From: Deltaproteobacteria bacterium
Lineage (GTDB): Bacteria; Myxococcota; Kuafuiibacteriia; Kuafuiibacteriales; Kuafuiibacteriaceae
Assembly: GCA_040218735.1 (NCBI GenBank)
Contig: JAVJQW010000032.1
Span: forward strand, 1 to 32,073
Direction: 5' to 3'
Length of the DNA stretch: 32,073 bases
The position numbers were made by a program, and so were the translations under genes. The stretch's first letter is position 1. The number at the start of each line of letters is the position of its first letter. Positions 24,439-32,073 of this stretch are shown one piece after another. The notes beneath the pieces were generated by a model, which worked only from the letters and a program-made list of their open reading frames with translations, made no database searches and was not told the origin of the DNA.

Positions 24439-25380
24439 TCAGGACATGAAGTCGCCGACGGACCGGATGGTCTCGTGCAGGCCGTACTTCGGTTCGTAAC
24501 CCAGCTCCGCCTTCGCGAGGGCGCCGTCCACCACGCAGTTGAACTGTACGTGCCGAAGCTCCGGCGGCGGGAAGCCGGTCATGCGCATCACCCAAGCGCC
24601 GTCGAGGAGCCGCTTCGCCAACGGTGAAGGGATCGAGCGGGGTCGACGACCGAGCACGGCGAGGATGCGCGACAGCGGCGCCTCCCCGGGGCCGACGACG
24701 TTGTAGACGCCGCGGCGCCCCTTCACGAGCCCCAGCATCATCGCGCGGACGACGTCCTCCTCGTGCACGAGCTGAATGATCGGATCGAAGCCCATGATCA
24801 CCCAGGGCCGGTCGAGCCGCAGGTAGTTCGACGGCGCGTTCTTCACGCGCGGTCCGACGATGTGCACCGGGCGGAGCATCACCGTCTCCACCTCGGGGTG
24901 CCGGTAGAAGAAGCTCTGCACGATGCCGTCGGCCGCGACGAGATCGCGGATGTCGGGGTGGTGCTCGGCGCCGAGCAGCGGTGCGTCTTCGGTGAGGAAG
25001 TACGAGTTGTCCGGGTCGGGGCCGTAGATGTTCGCGCTGGAGAGCATCACGAGCTTCTGCGTCCCGTACTTGGCCGCGAGCTCGAGGAGGCGCTGCGTAC
25101 CGACGACGTTGAAGCGGTACTGGTCCTCGTCGCCGCGCGGGTTGTGCGCGAGCCCGAGGTGCACGATCGCCTTCACGTTCTTCGTGCGGAAGACGTTCTC
25201 GATCTTGCGCCAGCGGACATCGGTGCGGAGGTGTTCGACGTCCTTCGGGAGGCCCAAGATCGGCCGCCGGTCCACGGCGACGACGTGGTGTTCGCGGTGG
25301 AGCGACTGGATGACGAGCTTGCCGAGGTTGCCCGCGGCCCCCGTCGCGATGATGACGTCGTCTTTCCCGCTCGCGCTCAC
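24439..25380 (-). CDS. NAD-dependent epimerase/dehydratase (extended SDR) family protein
   Basis: TGAAGNLG, NVVGT, SSANIYG, LRPVHIVGP, QLVHEEDV, VYNV. GTG start overlaps the acyltransferase stop. Confidence 0.9.
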   Translation of the reverse strand: MSASGKDDVIIATGAAGNLGKLVIQSLHREHHVVAVDRRPILGLPKDVEHLRTDVRWRKIENVFRTKNVKAIVHLGLAHNPRGDEDQYRFNVVGTQRLLELAAKYGTQKLVMLSSANIYGPDPDNSYFLTEDAPLLGAEHHPDIRDLVAADGIVQSFFYRHPEVETVMLRPVHIVGPRVKNAPSNYLRLDRPWVIMGFDPIIQLVHEEDVVRAMMLGLVKGRRGVYNVVGPGEAPLSRILAVLGRRPRSIPSPLAKRLLDGAWVMRMTGFPPPELRHVQFNCVVDGALAKAELGYEPKYGLHETIRSVGDFMS

Positions 25381-26252
25381 GTGAAGATCCCCTCGCGCTC
25401 CTGAAGGCCGCGCTCGAGCATCTGTTGGATCTTTGAGCGCACCTGCTCGACGTAGGCGGTGACGACCTCGTCCTCCTCGTCGCCCTCGCCGTCGAACTTC
25501 ATCGGTTCGCCGAAGTAGATGCGGTAACGCGTCGGGAGCGGGAGCAGCCCGGCGGGCCCGAGCAGCGGGAAGGTCGGCGTGATGGGGAACGCCGGCATAC
25601 CGAAGAGTTTGCCGAGCGTGCGTGCGTTGTAGAGCGCGGGCGCCTGCTCCTCCGCGCCAACGACGGCGACCGGGACGATCGGTGTGTTGCACTCCAGCGC
25701 GAGCCGCATGAAGCCCGTGCCGAAGCGTTCGAGCTGGTACCGCTTGTCGATGGTCTTCGAGATGCCGCGCGCGCCCTCCGGGAAGACGAGGATGGCCTCC
25801 TCGCGGTCGAGCAGGCGGCGACAGTTGTCCGGGGTCCCGACGATCTGGCCGACGCGGGCCATGAAGATCGAAACGAACGGGAGCCGCGGGATCCACTTCT
25901 CGACCATCGAGCGGACGACACGCGGCGGATCGTGCTCGAGCACCATCGAGGCGCCGATCATCAGACCGTCGAAGGGGAGCTGCCCGGAGTGGTTGGCGAT
26001 GAGGAGAACCCGCCCTTCGTTCGGGACGTTTTGCACGCCGAACGTCTGCACGCGGAAGTACTTCTCGTAGAGGAGCGCCACCGGCGCGGCGGCATATTTG
26101 ACGGTCTCGGGGTCATATCCGAACGGGTCGACGCCCAGCTCGCCCACGTCGACGTCCAGCTCGCTGGTCCGGTCACGGACGCGATCGGTGAGGATGAGCT
26201 CGGCGACGCGCTTTCTCAGCGAGCGTCGTCGGGGCACGACCGGTTCGGACAC
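25377..26252 (-). CDS. Lysophospholipid/1-acylglycerol-3-phosphate acyltransferase (PlsC-like LPLAT)
   Basis: ANHSGQLPFDG (HX4-5D), VFPEGARG, PIVPVAVVGAEE. Start approximate. Confidence 0.9.
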   Translation of the reverse strand: MSEPVVPRRRSLRKRVAELILTDRVRDRTSELDVDVGELGVDPFGYDPETVKYAAAPVALLYEKYFRVQTFGVQNVPNEGRVLLIANHSGQLPFDGLMIGASMVLEHDPPRVVRSMVEKWIPRLPFVSIFMARVGQIVGTPDNCRRLLDREEAILVFPEGARGISKTIDKRYQLERFGTGFMRLALECNTPIVPVAVVGAEEQAPALYNARTLGKLFGMPAFPITPTFPLLGPAGLLPLPTRYRIYFGEPMKFDGEGDEEDEVVTAYVEQVRSKIQQMLERGLQEREGIFT

Positions 26253-26333
26253 GGCGCCGCACGCTACGACGCCGCGCCTCAAAAGGGTAGCGCTTGCTCG
26301 CCCGCGTCGCGCGCTGCTACGCATCGAGGCGTC

Positions 26334-27311
26334 GTGATTCGGGGAGACTCGCTGGAAGGCGCGATCGCGGCGACGCTCGCGTACGCCGACGTGTTCAGCT
26401 TCGCCATGAAGCCGTCGGAGGTGCATCGCTTCCTCATCGGGCGCCGCGCGTCGCGCCCCGAGGTGGAGCGCTGTTTGAGTGGCAACAACGCGCTGCGCTC
26501 GGTGATCTCCACACGCGATGGCCTGTGGTTCCTCGCGGGGAAGGATCACCTCGCACCGCGGCGGCAGCGCTTCGCGAGACACTCGGAGTTTCTCTGGCCG
26601 CGCGCGCGGCACATCGCGACGACGATGGAGCGCACCGGGCTGTGCCTCACCGGAATGGTGACCGGCTCCCTCGCCGCGGACAACGCCGACGAACACGCGG
26701 ACATCGACTTCCTCTTCATCTACCCCGCCGAGCGCACGTGGACCTCGTTCGCGGCGGTGCGTCTGATCAAGAACTGGCCGGCGCTGTCGTCGTGCTGCCC
26801 GAACTACGTGCTCGCGTCGGACCGGCTGCTCATCCAGCCGCAGAACCTGTTCACCGCGTGGGAGATCGCGAAGGCCGTGCCGCTCTTCGGGTACGACGTC
26901 TACGAGCAGTTCATCGCCGCGAATCGCTGGGTCGGTCGGTACCTCCCGAACGCCCTCCCCCTCGTCGACCAGGCGCTCGAGCCGGCCCCCCTCCGCGAGG
27001 ATCCGAGCTGGGTTCGTACGCTTACGTCGTCGGGCGCGTTCCGGTGGCTCGAAGAGCGCGAGCGGCGGCGCAAACACCAGACCGACAAACGCGACGTCGG
27101 CGTCGACATGAAGGACCGCAACGCGAAGGGCTCCATGGACCGCCATTCGCCGACGCGCTCGTTCCACACGCTGTCCGAGCTGCGGTACCGGATGTCCACG
27201 CTCGGCCTCGAAGCGCACCCCCTCTTCACCGAGCTGTACGAAGCGACGAACATGCTCGAGGACGAGATGACGCGCTGGGGCGCGGACGCGATTCGAACCG
27301 AGGCGGGCTGA
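26334..27311 (+). CDS. Nucleotidyltransferase-domain protein (Pol-beta superfamily) with N-terminal winged-helix-like region
   Basis: TLAYADVFSFAM...EVHRFL, VTGSLA......ADIDFLFI, CPNY, NLFTAWEI, FIAANRWV..YLPN. GAGG RBS before GTG. Confidence 0.8.
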   Translation: MIRGDSLEGAIAATLAYADVFSFAMKPSEVHRFLIGRRASRPEVERCLSGNNALRSVISTRDGLWFLAGKDHLAPRRQRFARHSEFLWPRARHIATTMERTGLCLTGMVTGSLAADNADEHADIDFLFIYPAERTWTSFAAVRLIKNWPALSSCCPNYVLASDRLLIQPQNLFTAWEIAKAVPLFGYDVYEQFIAANRWVGRYLPNALPLVDQALEPAPLREDPSWVRTLTSSGAFRWLEERERRRKHQTDKRDVGVDMKDRNAKGSMDRHSPTRSFHTLSELRYRMSTLGLEAHPLFTELYEATNMLEDEMTRWGADAIRTEAG

Positions 27312-27332
27312 TCCCCGTCGGAGCGGTCGGAC

Positions 27333-30300
27333 GTGCCCGGCTCACCGCAGGACCTCGAAGACATCCGCCGGGCCCTCGCGCGCATCGCGCGGCTGGCGGG
27401 CGTCGTCGTCCCCACGCGCGAAGGCGCGCTCCTCTTCGAAGGGATCGAGCTCGTCGATCCGCGTTTGATCGTCGACGAAGTGTTCACCTCGGGGCTGCCG
27501 TCGGCCGCAACCGTCCGTGCCGCCTTCCGTTCGCCGAGCAAACGAACACCGATCGAGGCGACCCCTCGCTGGCTCGCCGCCGCGCAACGTGACTTGCACC
27601 GCGTGCGCGCACAACCGCATGTGCTCGACTGGGTGAAGGAGGCGTCGTCGGTGCTCGGCAAGTACCGGCACGTCGACGCCGCGTGGCTCGACCTGCACCA
27701 GGCCCACCTCGATCGCCTCGGCGGCGAGCTCGTCGCGCGCGACGATCCGCCGGGCTTCGACACCGTGCTGCGCCTGATCGGCGCCGTGCACGGCGCGACG
27801 CAGGCCGAGCGGGTCCGCCGCGTCGTGACGCTCAGCGCGCAACACAGCGTCCGCCTACGACGTCGCGCCGAGCGGAGGCTCTCCGCCCTGGTCGCCGCGC
27901 TGCGCTCCCAGGACGCCCCTTCGGACGCCGTCGCTGCCGCCGCGACGGTGCGTAGCGTCGCAGGGCCTTCGCGCCGCGTTCGTCGCCGCTTCGTGCGCGC
28001 CGTCGTCGAGCACGTCCTCGGGGCGGACGCCGGCCACGCGTTCGACGACACCCCCGGGGCGCCGATCGAGGAGCGGGTGCAGACGATCGGGCGCGCGGCC
28101 ATCGCTTCGATCCCATCGACGCGCTCCGAGGCCTACCTCGATAGGCTGCAATCCACGCTCGCCACCTACGCGCTCTCGTTCTCGTGGGACGGCCCCGCGC
28201 GCGCGATCGCGCCGCGCGGGCTGGACGGCCTCGATCGCCGCACCGACGCGGTCCTCACGGCCTTCGCGGGGCACGTTCGGTCGTTCACGGACGTCGTGGA
28301 GCTGCTGCAAGACCGTAAGGTCTGCAAGGACCTCGCGCTCGCCGGCCGACTCAGCGACGTCCTCTCCGTGGCGGAGGTGCGGTCGATCTTCGCGCTCGGG
28401 CTCGCCCACGAGGTCGCACGTCTCCTCCACACCCCCGAGGTCGCCCGGGGGTACGGCCGATGGATGGCGAAGCTCGCGCCCCACTTCGAGCGGATCGGCG
28501 CGAAGCTCTCCGTGTCCGCGCGTCAGTACGAAGAGCTCGCGCGGCGCGCGGCGAAACAGAGCGACCTCGCGTTGCTCGCGCACTGCCTCATCAGCCACCA
28601 CGCGACGCCGTCGCAAGAGACACTTCAGGCCGACCTCGCCAACCTCGACGCCACGCTCGGTCTCTTCCGAGCCGAGGACACGAAGCTGCCCGACATCGTG
28701 GCGAAGCTGCGCGCCTCCCAGACGGGGATCGGACGCCGGCACTACCCGGACTTCGCCGTCTGGCTCGACGACGACGCACACCTCGACCGCTTCCTCACGC
28801 TCGCTCGTCAGGCGGGTCGGACCGAGCTCCTCCCCGCCGCGCTCCGCGAAGACTTCGAGCGGGAGTCACGCACCGCGCGCGAACGGCGGTTCCTCGCTGC
28901 GCTCCAGGAGCCGAGCGAACGCCAACGCGCACGCCTCGCGCACCTCGCGAGCGCTCCGCCGGCGGATCCGCGCCGCACACGCGCGAGGATACGTCGGCGC
29001 ATCGACGGCCTCACCGCCGAGGTCTACCGCACCGCGCTCGACCAGCAGATCCTGGAGCTACTCCATCGCGCGTTCCGAATCCGGCCGGCGAAGCTCGACG
29101 GAGCGTGGCGGGACGCCGTGCGCTTCTACCTCGCCACACATCGCAACCACGAGCTGCTCCGCGCGCTGCTGCATCACGCCACCGCGCACCCCGGCCAACC
29201 GATCGACCGCGAGCGCAGCGAATCACGAGCGTGGATCGAGCGCGCCGCGTCGCGCATCGACGTCGAGGCGTGGCTCGCTCCGCGACGGCGCACCGTCGAC
29301 CTCTCCGGTCGTCCCCACACGATCGCGGTCGAGCACGATCCGCTTCAAGTGCTCCGCATGGGCATCCCCTTCTCGACCTGCCTGTCGATCGAGGGCGGGT
29401 CGAACGCCGCCGCGACGGTCATCAACGCGTTCGACGTCAACAAACAGATCCTCTACCTGCGCAACGCCGACGGCGTCGTCGTCGGGCGGCAGCTCATCGC
29501 GATCTCGGAAGGATTCCAGCTCCTCACCTACCGCGTGTACCTCTCGGATCGGGAGGACACCGATCAAGCCCGCGACGCGTTCGTGGAGCTGTGCCTCGAG
29601 ATCTCCCGCGACACGGGCGCTGCGCTCGCGACCGGCGGCGCCCCCGAGCAGCTCCACGAGGGCTTTTGGTACTGCGACCCGCCCGAGGCGATCGCCCGCA
29701 CGATCTCGGACGACGCCGTCGCAGCGTACTGCGCGTCCCTGGGCCGGCCCGAGCCGGACGGCGAGCGCACCGAGCTCAACCGCGAAGCCGCGGGGTGGCA
29801 GGCGGCACGGGAGGGCGACGCGCTGCGCGCCGCCCAACTCCTCGCGCGCGACCGAGGCGCGGCCTTCACGGAGGTGGCTCGAACGTTGGACGCCGACCGC
29901 GATGCGCTCGGCCAGGCCTGCGCGGCCGACCCGTCGCTCGCGATCGCCTTCGCCTACCACCGCGCGCGCCGCGACGGCCTCGAAGCGGCCTTCGCGTTGA
30001 TCGAGCGCGCGCCAGCCATCGACTGGCGCTTCGCCGACGCACTCCCACCGCTCGGGCTTCGCTTCGAACCCGCCGCGACGATCGCCGACGCCTGGCTCCG
30101 GATCGGTGAACGCGGCCGACGCATCAACCCCATCTTCGACAACCACGGCGTCGAACACTCGACCTTCTACACCGTCGCTCCGCAGCTTCGTGGCGCGCCG
30201 GTCCGAGCGATCCTCGCGCTCGCGGACCGCGCCGACGCGCTGTGGGGGTGGATCGTCGAGGAGAGCGACGGCTACTGCGAGGGCTGCCGCATCAACGCGA

Positions 30301-31532
30301 CGCGGAGCTGGCTCGCGACGGCGGAGCGCTCGTTTGCGCTCCAGCCCGACCCCGACGCCGTCGTCGCGTGCCTCCGATCGTCGCGGCGCTCCCCGCTCGC
30401 ACACCGCACCGCGCTTCACCTCGCGGCGCGGTTCACGATGGACGGGAGCACGCCGAATCCCACGACGCGGCACTCCGCTCCCGCGGCGTCACCGTCGCTG
30501 GTCCGTCTGCTCCGAAAGCTCGCCGACAAAACGCCGGCGCTCGACGGTGTCGATCTCCGCGTCGCCGTAGCTCGCCATGCGATCGACCGACAGGAGCTCG
30601 CGACCCAAGTGCCGGCGAGCGCGCTCGGTGACTTGCTCCTCCACCTCGACGTGGCGCCGCTTGCGGACACCCCTGTCGACCTCGAGGCCTGGCCACCGAA
30701 CCCCTGGTCGCTCTACGTCGCCCGGCGCGGCACCAAGCTACGCGACCGCGTCCGCGAGAGGGTGCCGGAGCAACGCACCCTCGTCCGGTGGCTCATCGCG
30801 CTGGGCGATGTCGACGGGGTGCGGGACGCACGCTCGCCGCTGCTCGACGCGGCCGGCTTCGTGCGGGACCAGCTCGACGGCGTGCCCGCTTCCCTCGCGG
30901 TCCTCGACGAGCCGCGCGCGGACTGCATCGTGGATCCGGCCCTGACCGAGGTCGCCGCGCGCCGCCTCGACGAAGACGAAGCGTGGAGCCTGAAGGTGCT
31001 CGGCCGCGGCCTGCCGCAGGAGACGTGGCACGACCTCCTCGCCCGCCGCTTGGAGCATCCTACGGAGGCCGTGGTGAAGGCGTGGGCCCACGCGTTGCTG
31101 GATGTGCCGGCGCCGGTGCTCTCGGCGCCCGTCGTCGATCGCCTCGCGCGGCACCCGTCGCTCCACGACCGACTCGCGGAAGCGCTCGCGCGGCCGATCT
31201 GGGACAACGTCTGGAGCCACTTCCTGCGATACGCGCACCTGGACGGCGTGGACGCGCTGTTCGCGCAGGTGCTCGAGCGCATCTCCACGAGCTACGCGAG
31301 CGTCGACGTCGCGACCGACGAGGACGTGGATCGACTGGCCGCGATGGCGTCGAGGCTGAGTGTGGAGCGGTGGCTCGATGTCGCGATGAACCTCCCGGAC
31401 CATCGCGCCCTCGCGCGCCTCCTCGACGCGTCGCGCGCCACACTCGAGGAACACCGCGAAGAGATCCTCCGAACGCTCGAAGGGAACCGCCGCCTCGACG
31501 CGGAGTGGATCTACGCCGCCGCGCGTTCCTAA
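27333..31532 (+). CDS. Large (1399 aa) uncharacterised, mostly helical protein with a central alpha/beta domain
   Basis: Uninterrupted 4.2-kb ORF 21 nt after the NTase gene. Central motif DPLQVLRMG.PFSTCLS.EGG.N...NKQILY..GRQL..WY.D. No signal peptide evident. Confidence 0.8.
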   Translation: MPGSPQDLEDIRRALARIARLAGVVVPTREGALLFEGIELVDPRLIVDEVFTSGLPSAATVRAAFRSPSKRTPIEATPRWLAAAQRDLHRVRAQPHVLDWVKEASSVLGKYRHVDAAWLDLHQAHLDRLGGELVARDDPPGFDTVLRLIGAVHGATQAERVRRVVTLSAQHSVRLRRRAERRLSALVAALRSQDAPSDAVAAAATVRSVAGPSRRVRRRFVRAVVEHVLGADAGHAFDDTPGAPIEERVQTIGRAAIASIPSTRSEAYLDRLQSTLATYALSFSWDGPARAIAPRGLDGLDRRTDAVLTAFAGHVRSFTDVVELLQDRKVCKDLALAGRLSDVLSVAEVRSIFALGLAHEVARLLHTPEVARGYGRWMAKLAPHFERIGAKLSVSARQYEELARRAAKQSDLALLAHCLISHHATPSQETLQADLANLDATLGLFRAEDTKLPDIVAKLRASQTGIGRRHYPDFAVWLDDDAHLDRFLTLARQAGRTELLPAALREDFERESRTARERRFLAALQEPSERQRARLAHLASAPPADPRRTRARIRRRIDGLTAEVYRTALDQQILELLHRAFRIRPAKLDGAWRDAVRFYLATHRNHELLRALLHHATAHPGQPIDRERSESRAWIERAASRIDVEAWLAPRRRTVDLSGRPHTIAVEHDPLQVLRMGIPFSTCLSIEGGSNAAATVINAFDVNKQILYLRNADGVVVGRQLIAISEGFQLLTYRVYLSDREDTDQARDAFVELCLEISRDTGAALATGGAPEQLHEGFWYCDPPEAIARTISDDAVAAYCASLGRPEPDGERTELNREAAGWQAAREGDALRAAQLLARDRGAAFTEVARTLDADRDALGQACAADPSLAIAFAYHRARRDGLEAAFALIERAPAIDWRFADALPPLGLRFEPAATIADAWLRIGERGRRINPIFDNHGVEHSTFYTVAPQLRGAPVRAILALADRADALWGWIVEESDGYCEGCRINATRSWLATAERSFALQPDPDAVVACLRSSRRSPLAHRTALHLAARFTMDGSTPNPTTRHSAPAASPSLVRLLRKLADKTPALDGVDLRVAVARHAIDRQELATQVPASALGDLLLHLDVAPLADTPVDLEAWPPNPWSLYVARRGTKLRDRVRERVPEQRTLVRWLIALGDVDGVRDARSPLLDAAGFVRDQLDGVPASLAVLDEPRADCIVDPALTEVAARRLDEDEAWSLKVLGRGLPQETWHDLLARRLEHPTEAVVKAWAHALLDVPAPVLSAPVVDRLARHPSLHDRLAEALARPIWDNVWSHFLRYAHLDGVDALFAQVLERISTSYASVDVATDEDVDRLAAMASRLSVERWLDVAMNLPDHRALARLLDASRATLEEHREEILRTLEGNRRLDAEWIYAAARS

Positions 31533-32073
31533 ACCCAGTGCCCATCACGCAGCGAGATCTGCCCGCGCAAAGGTCGTAGGCGGGGAATGACGCGCCCGCC
31601 CCACCTGGAACCATCGCCCGACACTGGAGTGCCCCCGCCGGCCCGCGCGGCCCGCGATCCACGTAGGCAGGAGGACGGCGGGAGGCTCCGCTCGATGGTC
31701 GGCGGCGCTCGCAGTGCTCCCCCATGTAGCGCTCGCGGCGCGGTCATCCCCCAGATGGATCTTCGCGGCCTCGCACGCGAGTAATCCACGCCGCCTTCGA
31801 TGCGTTCAACGAGACCACTGGAATCAGCGTCGGCTGATTGCGCCGGCGGCGGCCGAGGGCTGCGATGAACCGGTGAGGTTCGCCGGCTGGTCACGGGGAT
31901 CGCCGGTCGCGCAAGTTGAGTTGCGGAAGAAACTTCTTTCTCTCTTTGGGGGTTGACGGAATCAAAGGCCCTGTCCGGGCCATCTCCTCGACGAACGCCA
32001 TCCGTTTCGAAGTTTTGGAGCTTGGACTCGCCTTCGGACGCTGACGGTCCATGGCGTGCGTCCTCGCACGTGT

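Noticed and set aside
18720-24595. Long minus-strand ORFs (508, 876 aa) opposite the lipoproteins
   Set aside because: Antisense shadows of well-supported plus-strand genes.
26334-27311. CBASS cyclase (CD-NTase) or MNT-HEPN toxin-antitoxin call
   Set aside because: No recognisable Cap effector, ancillary genes or HEPN RxxxxH partner adjacent; the motif supports only superfamily-level assignment.
31953-31985. Sigma70 promoter at TTGACG
   Set aside because: No plausible -10 hexamer at 16-19 nt spacing.

Overview
High-GC window from what is almost certainly a Myxococcota/deltaproteobacterial chromosome (inferred from gene content). The centrepiece is a contiguous minus-strand gliding/surface-transport (Glt/Nfs-type) cluster at 4832-14805. 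It runs OM beta-barrel (GltA/B-like), GltC, GltD/AgmU, GltE/AglT, GltF/CglF, GltG/PglI, with a divergent CglC/GltK-like lipoprotein. Where gltH would follow gltG there are instead two tandem paralogous small membrane proteins ending in ...RF. Left of the cluster lie rnz, an M50 site-2 protease-TPR fusion, a yqjD/E/K-like trio and a ~240-bp palindromic element. Right of it lie a 3x94-bp GTAG-tagged REP-like tandem array, a vWA protein plus a membrane/helical partner, two multidomain lipoproteins (one with a WCGPC thioredoxin domain), a VOC protein, a rubredoxin-like protein coupled to an orphan CoxS-type 2Fe-2S subunit, an acyltransferase-SDR pair, a Pol-beta-type nucleotidyltransferase and a 1399-aa uncharacterised protein. 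No rRNA, tRNA, CRISPR array or intact transposase was seen. All family calls are from motif recognition by eye, not database searches.
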